Positions 12,642-25,654 of a DNA stretch of 64,000 bases are shown piece after piece (within the stretch, counting starts at the first letter, position 1; every line of letters starts with the position of its first letter). Made by a program: the position numbers and the translations under genes. Location: assembly GCF_001194135.2 (NCBI RefSeq), contig NC_068982.1, positions 161,664,799 to 161,728,798 on the forward strand, in the 5' to 3' direction. Origin of the DNA: Octopus bimaculoides (Eukaryota). The notes below the pieces were generated by a model. The model saw nothing but the letters and a program-made list of their open reading frames with translations, had not been told where the DNA came from and ran no database searches.

Positions 12642-12841
12642 TAAGCCAATGAATGGATATACAGACAGAGATACTGAATAACCAATGACATAAGCAAGGA
12701 CATCCTCACATAAATGAGGATATTTTCACACAGTATTATGATATGATAATGTAGAGATAGCAAGAATGTGGAGTAGGAGGGATTACTAAACTTCTTATGA
12801 AGTACTGGGATTATGAAAGATATTACTATGGTAACTATAAT
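12642..12841. repeat. inverted repeat, right arm (partner 10035-10234)
   Basis: Reverse complement of 10035-10234 at ~95% identity; the ORF track shows the same peptide on opposite strands. Confidence 0.95.
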
Positions 12842-13219
12842 CTCCATGTGCAGATATGCCTGCATTCATGTAATGGGTGTACAAGCCTCTTTAGTATATG
12901 AGTGTGTGTGATTATTTTTATTCATGTGTATGCATAAAAATTGCATAGTAGGTAGTATTGATGAGGAAGAGGTAGCATAAAGTACCTTCTTTAATACTAC
13001 ACCCCACTCTCAGTTACTTGGTGACCTTACTGGTATTGGTACTGAGTAAAAAGTACCCAGCACATTCTGTAAAGTGGTTGGCATTTGGAAGGCCATCCTG
13101 CCATAGAAACCATGCCAAAGCAGACTTTAGAGCTTTTACATAGTCCTCTAGATCACCAGCTCCTGTTGAACCATCCAACCCAATACCATCATGGAAATCA
13201 GACATTAAATAATGCTGCT

Positions 13220-13250
<31 letters not shown>

Positions 13251-13756
13251 ATGATCTTGATGATGATAATCTTGATGATGATAGTGATGGTGGTGTCTTA
13301 AATGGAGAATATTTGAAATGTCTTACGAATCTTCTCTGTGTTATAAGTTGATAGGATTCAGTTTGCTTTGTTCATTATTGGAAAACTCAAACATTTCTAG
13401 ATTTATGTAAATCTATTGTGATCAGTGCATCAATGATATTAGGTACAAATAGGTAACTATAGGTAGAATACAAGAGCTTTCTTTAGCTAACTATATATGT
13501 TCTCTGTGTTTGTGTTCTTTCTTTTATTCTTTTACTTGTTTCAGTCATTTGACTGTGGCCATGCTGGAGCACCACCTTGAAAGCTTTTAGTCAAACAAAT
13601 TGATCTCATGACTTATTTTTTAAGCCTAGTACTTATTCTATCGGTCTCTTTTGCCAAACTGCTAAGTTATGGAAATGTAAACACACCAGCACTAGTTGTC
13701 AAGTGGTGATGGGGAACAAACACAGACACAAAGACACACAAATAGGCATGTGTGTG

Positions 13757-13787
<31 letters not shown>

Positions 13788-15218
13788 CATCATCATCATC
13801 ATCATCGNNNNNNNNNNCATCGTTTAATAATTAACTGATCTTCCTGTATTTTCTTTTACCCAAAGCTAGGAACTTTTCAGCACCCCCTTGTACATTCGCA
13901 TTTTCTGTTCAGTTACCTTGTATAGCAGATTATCTGTATGCCCTGTTGTATATAATAATCAGAAGGAAACATTGCCTGTATGGATAAACATGAGTATATT
14001 ATACATATCTTGAAATAGTATTTAGACTTTTGTCTGCTAAAAACACATCCAAAACTTCATTTTTTTAACATTGAAAAGCCTTTACAAAACAAAATATTTA
14101 TTTTCTCATTTTACAAAAAGAAAAACAATCTTTTTCTAGTTTAGGCAGTCATCACAGCTTGTTTTAGTCATAATATTTGAGAAATTCCCCAATGATCAAT
14201 AAGAAATAATTATTAGTCTGGTATCTAAGTGTAGAAATAATTTAGAGTCATATATTAAATTAAAACTACTCATGTGATTTGGAATCTTCATAGAAAAATA
14301 AACATAATCAGGAACCAATATTCATGTTTTTGGCTTTATAGGCTCAGTATCAAGAATCCTGATTATAAACCAACAGGGGAGAAATTATATCTGATCTTAT
14401 TACTAAATATGTTTTTAATGATCTTTGGTTATAGACAGCCTTATATAAATTGTTAATATTTGTAAACACCTAAAGTTTACTAGTCTTTGTAAATGTTAAT
14501 GGTTTTTTTTTCATTCTATTAACTTTATCTCTAGAAATGGTGTGTTCTCTATCTATTGTGGTGATCAATGGATATCATTTCCCATCTACTGTTTGGACAA
14601 TTTAATGGCCTCTTGTATGAATAAGTTTGAATAGTTCTTAATTACTTATTTAATAAACAATATTTTCTATGAGTTCTGGGTGGTTGAATGGATAAATTTA
14701 TAACTGGTATGTTATGGCATATTGGGAGTCCAGTAACAAATATTGGAGATTTTTAATGATAGTCTAAAGGATTTATGATGATAAACTTCTACTGAAATGA
14801 TACAAAACATTAAATATTCTTAGGGATAAACATCTGTACTGGAGCTACAGGTTAATGTGTATGGATTGGGAATCTCATAGATAAAGTTATATGACTTGAT
14901 GAGGTCATATATCAATATATTTGACTTGGGAACCTTACAGGTTAATATACATGTGGTTTGTTATAACTATATTTCATAGTCTCCTCATTGTAGTTAGAAG
15001 TGTGGTACTTGACTGTCCCCTCCTTGGTCCTGTACTGCAGCTAGAAGTAAATTATTTCTCTGTATTTTGACAGATGCATTTAATGTCCTGTGACTCTTTC
15101 AACTCACTTGACTGCTACTTTTGCAGTAGTGTTTCAACTAGGAAGCCCTTCTCTCATTGACCTATGAGGACTTTTGAGTTCAAAAGGAAGAATCTTGCCT
15201 GGCAGAAGAATTTGATTT

Positions 15219-15978
15219 TAGTGTTATGAAGGATTCACCTCCCAATTGCTATATCACAACAAACCAGTGAACAAACAAAACGTACATTGATTATGTGCGG
15301 TTGATAATGTTTGCAACACTAATTGCTGCTTTTAATTTGTTATTAGATTTAATCTTATGTGTGCATCATTGTGGTATACCAGCAAATAGTTTTATCACTA
15401 TTTATATAGTCATAGACTAGTGATTTGATTCCAGCACATGATGTTGATAAGCCACAAAAATGGTGAAACAGCGGTATCCATCACTCCTATATTTGATCAA
15501 AGGCAACTTGTTTCAACTGTCTATGACTTTTAGGTGTTCTAACACCCAGTGCTATGAGGGTGTCATCCCCCAAGTGCTGTACCACAGCGAACCAGCGATC
15601 AAACAAAACATATACATTGAGTATGTGCAGTCGATAATGTTTACAACACTAATGCTGCTTTTAATTTGCTATTGAATCCAATCTTATGTATACATCACCA
15701 TGGTAAACCAGCAAATAATTTTTCCACTATTTATATATAGAGATAGACTAGTGATTTAATCCAACCCTGGTTTGGTTCAGGTACATGATGCTGATAAGCC
15801 ACAAAAATGGTGAAATATCAATATCTATCACTCCTGAATTTGATCAGAGGCAAGTTGTCTCTCCAGTCTACAACTTTCAGGTGTTTATCACCCAGTGTTA
15901 TGAAGAAGTCATCCCCCAAGCACTATACTACAGCAAAGTGGCAAACAAACAAAGCACATACATTGAGTGTGTGGCCAG
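15219..15978. repeat. diverged tandem repeat, unit ~330-345 bp, ~2.3 copies
   Basis: Recurring blocks (cccaa..gct.tac at ~15241, 15568, 15915; gataagccacaaaaatggtgaaa at ~15446 and 15793); ~80% identity where aligned by hand. Confidence 0.85.
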
Positions 15979-17050
15979 TATTTTAATTTATATATTAGAA
16001 TAATTTTATTGAGTCAGTGGTCACATGTATATACTAATAAAAAAAATGCTTACTTTAGTTTAAATTCATATACTCTTATAATTTCCATCTATTCTAAAAG
16101 AAAGAAATACTCACAATTTAACTTCAGTTCAGTAGGATTTTATACAGTTCTACACAAAGCAGTGATGCTTTCTTATTAATAATAAGGAAATTATTGTATA
16201 CAGTGCTCAGGTGCACTACAACAATTAATATCTTAACTTTTAATCTCATGATTGTTATTTTAAAATATTTTGCATTTTACCCAATATCTGTAAAGGAGAT
16301 GTTCTAGGTTAACATTATACATAATGGGTCCCTCCTTCCTTCTCTCTTTTTCACCAGCCTCTGTTGATCTTCTACATTCAATACTCATATCACAGTATAA
16401 TGTAGTATCCACAGTCTCCCTATCGTACAGTGTGTCTTTTACAGAAAGCAACTGAGAGTTGAGGAGTGTCTTTGTTACCAACTGAGGTAGCAGCTCCCTA
16501 ATTTTTTTCTCCTTTCCTTTTCTCCTTCTTACCCTAGCTGCCATTGAAATATCAAAATATTTTGAGCTAATCCTTATTTTCCTTCTACCAACAGCAACCA
16601 TAACTAACATCTTAAATTTTTCATTTTTTTTCATTGAATTGAAATCACTATCAGCTTCCTCAAGGCTTTCACTGAATAATTGACAAGCTATGAGGTACTT
16701 TAAAAATTTTTGCATTCTGGCAAGTTGAATAAGAAAATATTGATTAACATCTGTAACAAAATGGGTTGAACTAGTTGTGACACACAACTTAAAGCTTCAG
16801 TGTGATTTATAAATTCAACCAAGATACAAATATGTATGTCTTATATAAAAGATACACAAACTTGTGATTGTAATGAGAATGATTTAAGAACTTTTAACCA
16901 GATTTTATGCATTTTATACATTTTTCTTGTTTTGCTTTCATTCCAAAATTTCTTAAAATTACAATGTCATATGTGAATCAAAAAATATTCAGTTGAATTT
17001 CCACTTTGACATCATCTTTTCAAAACATGCCTCAAGTATGTTTTAAATTA

Positions 17051-18151
17051 CACAAGCCAACAGATATTTTATAGTCAGGATGTTTTTACCTGATCTGAAG
17101 GTTTTTTGATATGCTGAATCCAAAAATGGAATCCATTTTTTACTGACATGCCTAGATTTCAAGATACACCAACCTCACAAACATCAGTGGGTGATATATG
17201 TGAACTTTAAGATGGTCAGTTTTCTCTTGGGGGCTACAAAGTGGATACACCAAATAACCTTGCTTTTTAGGTATGTGGAACAGAAGAAAAAACATTGGGT
17301 TATCAAAGAATGGCTGCAGCAAACATTAGTTCCAGGATCTTGTAATGTGGTTGAAGAGCAATTAGTTCAACTGTGAAAAATCATCTTACCTCCACTGCAT
17401 ACCAAACTTGGCATTATGAAGCAGTTTGTTAAAGTTCTGGATGAAAATGGACCATGCTTTCACTATATCTGCAGCACATTTCTCAATCTGAGCAGTAAAA
17501 AGATAGAAGCTGGAGTATTTGATGGGAAATTCAATGAACTGCATTGAAGCCGCAACATGGAATTCATTTAGGCAACAAGAAAACAGCTGGACAACTTTCA
17601 AAAGTTGGGAGCAAATATGAGCATAAAGCTGCACTATCTTCACAATCACCTTGATAAATTCCCCAAAAATCTTGGTGGCACAAATGATGAGCAGGGAGAA
17701 CATTTCCATCAGGACATAAAATCAATGGAACAAAAGTATCAAGGCAGATGGGAACTTGCATATGATGGCAGATTATTGCTAGAACTTGGCCTTTGATCTT
17801 TCTGAGGTTTATCACTCAAGAAAATCATCCAAATGCAAATTCATGGGGAATTAGGTATAAACAGTGATATGATTTGTCTGTAGAAATTTCAAGATTTTTA
17901 CTAATTTTTCAGGAAAAATTTAAGAAAATATTCTGGTTTTGAAGAAAAACCAATTTCTGTTTATGTCTGTATGTTATGTCTTGTTCTTCATGAACTATTT
18001 TATTGAAAAGACTGAAATTCTAGGGATCTAGCATCTTAAAATCTTGACATGATGGTAATAAATGGATGTACTTTTCAGATTCTGTGTCAAAAAACCCCTC
18101 GTCCAGGTCCAAATTTTTTTGAAAACAGGAAACATTTTTTGTTGGCCTGTG
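17051..18151 (+). mobile_element. Chapaev3-like (CMC superfamily) DNA transposon, internally deleted
   Basis: Termini CACAAGCCAACA...TGTTGGCCTGTG, flanked by TTA on both sides; transposase remnants PPLHTKLGIMKQFVKVLD and MSIKLHYLHNHLDKFPKNLGGTNDEQGEHFHQDIKSMEQKYQGRW. Family assignment from recalled motifs. Confidence 0.72.
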
Positions 18152-20193
18152 TTATAAACTAAGAATAGTTTGTGACTTAATTAAACGAGTCTTAGATATT
18201 TTTGTTATTTGGTTAGGCTGATTTAAGCTGTGTGTTTTCCCCCCATTTAAAACCAAGTCCATTTTAGATTTCTTATGACACCATTTGTTTATACATGAAA
18301 ATTACATTGATTATAAAAGTTGCTTGCTGGAGATTGAACACTGTTTACCAGTAGGGAGTCATGTATGTATGCTGTGTTTTGGTTAAGAATTGGTTATCTA
18401 TATATTCGTGTAGTGAGAGGTAGAGAATTCTGCATTCATTATAAACAAATGATTCTTTTTAACCTGAGGTTGAGAATTCAGTCATCTCAGGAACCCCTGA
18501 AACCTCTGCAATCTCTGCACAGATTATACATTCAGCAAATTATATTCATCCAACAAGTCATATTCTCCTCATTTCTCTTCAGATTTTATATATCCTCCAT
18601 ATTCTTTATTTATGACTATGAAATCTACATTCATGACTATGTAAGGTAGCAGTGATTTGAAGCCTAACTTCTAGATATTTGATCAGACACCATCATAGTC
18701 TCAAATTTATAAGTTGACCACTCAGCAGGAGGTTGTGGTGTGATATAGTTTCCTTGATTGTTCTAGAATAAAACCTCTTGTTCCCAATAAAAACTGTTTG
18801 GCACATAACTTAGTGTGCAGAGAGCCAATGAACTTTGTGCCATGGCTTTGTATATTTTTGGACCAGCTGCATGTTGTCCTACAGATAAAGTTCTGTAACT
18901 TCAGAGAAGTTTTTCTCTCTCCCAGTCAACAATTATTAATGTTGCTCATTGTAAATAGCAATAAATATTCAGTTAAATATTCCCAAGTTTGCTTCAGTTA
19001 TTATTCATGCAGCCAACAAAATATATCTTCACTGAACAGCTCAACTCAAGTGAAGGCAAGCACTCAGTGAGAATAACATCTATCTTCATTTGAAAAGAAG
19101 ACTATATGAAGCATCGAATGCTCTCCATCAGGCATAGGTGACCTTTTTCAAAAAACAGGCTGCATGAGATATGGTACATCATCAGGCAGACTGTACTACT
19201 AAAACATCTTAAGATAATTTTTCATTAGAATGCCATTCTGAAAGTCTCATGGGTTGCATATGGCTCACAGGCTGCAGTCTGCCCATAACTGCTCTCTGTA
19301 GTCTATTTTTCACATGAAGATAGAAACCCTGTATAGTCTTCAGAGACTCTAGTACTTGACTGCTACTATATCTTATGGATCTTGGAAGAATCAAAGGCAG
19401 CATTGACCCTGGTAAATTTGAACTCCGAGCATGAAAGTTGGAACTAAATACAGACAAATTTTGTCTGACATTCTAATCTCAACAGCGTGTTGTCCTTTCA
19501 TTAATAAACTGGAAAGTATTCTGATTATCTCTATCAATGGTGATCTTTCTTATGGAAAACCTACACAGCCCTTTGGAAACAAAGTCTACTAATGAAGATG
19601 GAAACATTTTTACAAAATACAATAGTAATAAAACTAATATTGAAAATTCTGTTATAAATATGTAAATCTCAATAGAAAACAGAAAAGTATTATTTTTATT
19701 GCATGTTTTCACTGCACAGTATTATATGCCTTGGGCATGTGCAGTATTTATTTTTTTACATCTTTGATAATGAAAGTACTTTTTGTTATATGTATGCAAC
19801 ACTTTGCATCACTTTCTATCATTCCCAAGGCACCTATTATAATTGAAGTTGTTCCTGTTTTTTATCTCCTCATTTTGAATATCTCTATTTCTAGATTTAT
19901 GCAGTTATGTAGTTGGATAGTCTTTCCATTTATTATGTGGATTTATTGTTGGAATTGTTATGTTGATTAGCAGACTTCATTTTCCTGAGGCTCAGTGATT
20001 AAGATAATTTGGATTGTCTGTGTGAACCAGTATCTTCCACAGTATAATCACTTTGTCATTCTCTTTATACCTTTTGTAGTGTATGATGTGCTACCTCTTT
20101 TCTGTGAGTGTGTTTCATAAGATTGGAATAATTTCCAGTGAGTAAAAGCTCCAACTATGTCCCACTTTTATACATACATACATACATTACATA

Positions 20194-20258
<65 letters not shown>

Positions 20259-22521
20259 ATGTATGTATGTATATGTATATATATACACATACATATTGTA
20301 TGTCTTGTGTGTACAGTATATCTTGATAATCCATTGTGGTTCAGCATCTAATTGCATTAGAACATCCAATGCAGAGGTAGCAAGTAACCACAATAGTGAA
20401 ACATTCTTATGATACAAATAATATGTATTTGTGTTTTTCAAAATTTTTTTGTGCATGCGTGTGTGTATGTGTGCACATATTCTCTTTTTTCTGTTTTGTC
20501 TCATTTTGAGCAGCTAGAAACAAAGTGATTGTCGTTCATTACAATCTCCATATATTCTACTTCATTAAATAATTTTAGAAGTTCCTAGTTGGAAGGTTTT
20601 GATCTTGAATTATGTTTAAAATCTTTGTCAGTTTTCAGTCTTGCACTTTTCAGGCAACACTAAAATTTTACTTTATCTGTTTTCACATAGTCAGTAGATA
20701 TGTAGCAAATAGCTTCCTAGTTTCATTGCCAAGTTGTGAAAAACCTAGACTAGATTTTTCTGAGTTCCTTCCTATTGTTCTCAGTATTTATGCTAAAAAA
20801 TTTATGAGAGCCAACTGTCACACATAGATAAGTTCTATTCTTTAACTGACCAATTCAAGTCAAACTTAAGTCAGAGCCTCACCTAATTTATTTAGGAGAA
20901 AATATAAATATAGAATTCAAATTCAGTTCTTGCTCCTTTTGTTTGGTGCCAATGGAAGCAGCACCTCACATGAGGGACTACACAACTTTATATTTGTCCA
21001 AATTCTTTTACTCTTTTTCTCTCCTTCCATCCATTCTCCTAGCAGTCAACAAAAGATGGATGTAACTACCTACAGAATGAATAACAGCACTGCAAATAAT
21101 CTGTATACAGCAACTCAAAGCAGTTGTATCTTACATTGCAATGATAAAAGAAAAGGCCTTATCGACTAATATTTTCTTCCTCTCATTTATTTGCTACATA
21201 TAAATCGTTACACATGTTAATAACTTCTGCCTGTATGGTCAATACATAAAAAAAAAAACCATTCTTTCTTTAATACATTCTGCTGTTGTTTCTCTGTCCT
21301 TCTCAGTGCTATCTGTTAGCAAATATTCTCCAATGAGGGTCATTTCGATCTTGTTTCATAACACCTTTTTGCATGACACATTTAGTATTATATCTTTTGG
21401 AATAGGTATGCTCTGTACTTGCATGTTGTAAGAAATTACTAAAAAGCTTGGCAACAGGAAGGACATCTAATCCTAAAACATTACCTTGGAAGAAACATTC
21501 AATTGACCAATTTCTTATTGTCAGCTGTTTTCTCATTTCATATGCACTCAGTCTTAACAATGGACACCTACTGAATCACACCAGCTCGGTTGTTGCTGGT
21601 CTTCGAGGATCATTGTCTGTGTTTTACCACACTACAGCGCTATACTTGTTTCTTATACAATTCAAATGTCCAGGTGCAGAGAGAAATATAGTTGCTTCAT
21701 AAAACAATTATTTTTAGCAGAAAATACATGGAGAAACTTGATGTTAAATTAGTCTTATTCAGCTTTAACCAATCAGTATAATTATGTTATGTATTTACTG
21801 CAGTATAAAATAATATTATAATATATTTGTTATAGTTAAACACCATAATTATATTTATTGTAGTAAATATAACTGTGTTGAATTATAATGAATATAATTA
21901 TATTCATTGTAGCTTAAGACTACAGATAATTACATTTACAGTAGTTTCATAGTAAATATTATTACAGTTACTGCAGGCAAAGAGAATAAATATATTTATA
22001 TTTATAGTAATATATTTGAATAAATATAATTATATTTACTATAGTCTAACATAATGTATCATCATCATCATCAACGTCATCGTCGTCATTGTCGTTGTCA
22101 TCGTCATTTAATGTCCACTTTTCTATGCTTGCATGGGTCAGACAAAATTTAATGAGGCAGAATTTCTATAGCTGGATGCCCTTCCTGTTTGTTTCCAAGC
22201 AGGGTAAAATTGCCAGATGTGTTTTTCACCGAAAACTGGAAATGAACATTGCTTGTATGACAGTGATGCTCATTTACAATCATTGACAAGGGTACACACA
22301 TCATCATCATCGTTGTTTAACATCCGCTTTCCATGCTGTCATAGGTTGGACAGTTTGACTGAGATCTGGCAGGCCGGGAGGCTGCACCAGGCTCCAGTCT
22401 GATTTAGCAAGGTTTCTACAACTGGATGCCTTTCCTAATGCCAACCACTCCGAAGGTGTAGTATACATACATATACATACCTACATACATACATACATGC
22501 ATGCATGCATGCATGCATACA

Positions 22522-22555
<34 letters not shown>

Positions 22556-22741
22556 CATAACCCATGCCAGCATGGAAAATGGTCATTAAAAGATGATGAA
22601 GGTGATGATGATATATATATATATAAGTCCATGGTTTGTTTTGATTCTTTGTTCATGTTTTGTACTTATTTGGTATTTGGAAACACCAGAAGCATTGATA
22701 TGTTAAACAATGATAATGAGTGCTCAACACTACATTGATGG

Positions 22742-22970
22742 ATAAAGATTCTTTATTTGTGTATTAAGCTACCAACGGTTTCATGTTAAAAAAATATCTT
22801 AGCAATTCTTCAAGTCGATCACATAGAGAAATTGGTGTTTGTCTCCATTTGTTTTAATTCAAAATGGAGATGAATAACAATTTCTCTATGTGATTGGCTA
22901 GAAGAATTGTTAAGATATTTTCTTAACATGAAACCGTTGGTAGCTTAATACACAGATAAAGAATCTTTAT
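22742..22970. repeat. 229-bp fold-back (109-bp arms, 11-nt loop), probably two head-to-head PLE terminal repeats
   Basis: Arms 22742-22850 and 22862-22970 pair at 99/109 positions; each arm carries a (T)TGAAGA or TAGAAGA - stem - GAAA-CCGTTGG-TA hammerhead-like motif. Confidence 0.9.
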
Positions 22971-23019
22971 TTATATTATTTACATTCGACGGATATTTGT
23001 CCTCATCTTGTTTGTTGTT

Positions 23020-23065
23020 AACACAACATTCCGGCTGATATACCCTCCAGCCTTCTTCAGGTGTC
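23020..23065 (-). ncRNA. degenerate minimal type I hammerhead ribozyme motif (PLE terminal repeat)
   Basis: GACAC-CTGAAGA-A-GGCTG(gagggtatat)CAGCC-GGAA-TG-TT-GTGTT; stems I and II intact, GAAA core changed to GGAA. Confidence 0.6.
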
Positions 23066-23237
23066 TTGAGGAAATTTCGAACCTGGGTTCTCATTCCTAA
23101 GGTATTTTTCAATGTTACTATTATTATTATTATTGTTATTGCTCAGGTCACTGCTTGGAATCAAACTCGGAATCGGAGTTCGATTCCAAGCAGTGCGATT
23201 TCAAGCATGGCTGCAGTCAAGTGACTGAAACAAGTAA

Positions 23238-23275
<38 letters not shown>

Positions 23276-25654
23276 GAATAAGAAATAGAAAATCCTTGGT
23301 ACAATAAACATTTAATTATCAAAGTAATAAATTATCAGAAAACCTATTTCTATTCATTTTTTCACATATATATATATAGTATTTACTGTAGCAAGTTCAG
23401 TAATATTTAGTATAGTTAAGGCAGCAAGCTGGCTGAATCATTTGCACACTGAGCAAAATGTTTTGTGACATTTTATCTGTCTTTACGTTCAAATTCTGCC
23501 GAGGCCAACTTTGCCTTTCATTCTTTTAGGAGTGATTAAATAAGTACCAGTTGAGTACTGTGGTCAATGTAATTGACTAACCCCATCTCCAAAATTGCTG
23601 ACCTTTTTGCTACAATTTGAAATTAATATTTAGTGTAGTTTAACACTATAAATATAATTATATTTCTTGTAGCTTAACATGGAAAAGAAACAATTATCTT
23701 GAAAGAGTACCACAATAATTGCATTTACTGCAGTTTACCAAACTAGATATAGTTATATGTGCTGCAGTTTACAACAACAATATAATTAGGTTTAATGCAT
23801 ATTATCACATTAATTATATGTTTACTGTAGCTGAAGAAGGCAAAGATATTTACTGTAATTCAACACCAAATATATATTTGCTATAGTTTAACACAATAGC
23901 AAATATTTACTACAGTTTACTAACAGAGCAAATATAATCATATTTGTTGTAGTTTAATGAAATAATTATAAAAGTATTTAGTATTGTGTAACACATTAAA
24001 TATGTAATTATATTTACTGCAGTTTAATACAACTGCAAAATCTACTCTACATGCAGTAATATTAATTTAGTTTGCATAGTAAGTGTTTACCTTTGAAACA
24101 AGGAAGTCTACAGGAGGTTTGGGATGGTTCAAATAAATGCATTTCAACAAGCATGCAACTGAAAGAGACAGAGGTAGAAATAAGGAGAGAGAGAGGGAGA
24201 GAGAAAGGAGGAGGTAGGGAGGAAGGGAGGGAGAGAGGAGAGAGGAAGAAAGAGGGAGAAAGGAGGAAGAGGGGAGGGATAGAGAAAAGTTGGAAGAGAC
24301 AAAGCAAGAGGTGCTTGAGGAGGGAGTAAAGGGACAGAGAGAAAGAAAGAGTGAGTGTGTGCTTATGTATGTTTGTATGAGTAGAATTTGGAAAAGGCAA
24401 TTATATTTTGTATGCAGTTCTGAATATATGGGGTACAATATAGGTTACAGGCTTGACTATTCCACTGTTTTAATTAAAAGTCAAATATTTTCCAGGCAGA
24501 AATGACTGACTGTTGAAACATCAACCAATGAAATGATTCATTGAAAACTGTAGATTTGCCTGAAGTCCTTGTGAAAGTTATTTACACCAGAGTTATTTAT
24601 TTTTATTAGTCTGCAAACAACTTTGTGTTACCATTGGCATCTTGAAAAGAAAACAAAGAAACAAGAAGTGATAATATTGCACCATAATGTAAAACCTGCA
24701 TCTTTCTCAAGATGTGTAAAAGGTTTAAATGCAATCTGGGAAATTTTCTGCTCAAAGATCAAGGAATTTCTACAATTTCTTCTTTTCTAAAACAGCTTAA
24801 TCTGTAAAAATCTGGTTCTAATTATTAGATGTGGCCTAAATTTCATTTGCCAAAATTTTGAATAAGCCTTAACAAGTTGTCTGCAAGGTTCAGCAAAGCA
24901 AAATTATTATTTCTGATGGGTTCTGGTATATGGGTTAGTGGTTATGAGTGGTTGGCTCATGATAAAAAGGTCATAGATTTCTATTCCTGGGCTGGATGCT
25001 ACCTTGTGTCATTGAGCAAGGCACTTCATTACATGTTACTTTAGCCCTTACTCAATTGTAATAAATACCAGTTAAGTACTGGTGCAGCTCTGACCCCTCT
25101 AACTGTCACATCCTGGACATTCTGCTGGGTCAAAGGCGGTTGGGTTAGGAGGGTGTCTATAATTGCTCACATCTTCATAACAATTAGCAAGAACATGATA
25201 CGTGTTACCGAACCATTCTCATTCACGAATGACAGCTGGTTGTTTCTGATAAGATATGTGTCGTAGTTTTGGTATGGGTGCTGGTGCCACATAAAAAGTA
25301 TTAGTGATGGTACTACATAAAAAGTGCTGGCAATGGTGTCATGTAAAAAGCACTGGTAATATTGCCATGTAAAAAGCATCCAATACATTCTGTAACATGG
25401 TTGCCATTTGGAAGGGCATCCAACTGTTGGAACCAAGCCAAAACAGACCACAGAACCTAGTGTGACCTCTGGCCTTGCCATTTCCTGTCAAGCCATCCAA
25501 CTCTGGAAAACAAACTTTAAATGTTGATGATGATGATGATAGGTGCCGATACTTTTTGATCAGACCTTGTATGTATGTATTTGTGTATATATTTGTGTAT
25601 ACATGGCCTTATGCATGTGTACATGCACACTGATAGTGGATGGCATTTGTGAAA

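Noticed and set aside
15421-15900. Cadherin-like words (HDADK, NGEIS, Y.F.V) and a ~110-codon period
   Set aside because: Motifs lie in different frames, spacing does not fit, DxNDN is absent, and codon-position bias is not significant
18400-19290. Possible hAT transposase remnant ending in a TIR-like ggctcacaggctgcagtctgccc
   Set aside because: No transposase motif could be read in any frame and no matching left end or TSD was found
24170-24345. Purine-rich ORFs (E/R/G/K-rich) and their L/S/P-rich antisense ORFs
   Set aside because: Low-complexity GA tract; ORFs arise from lack of T on one strand
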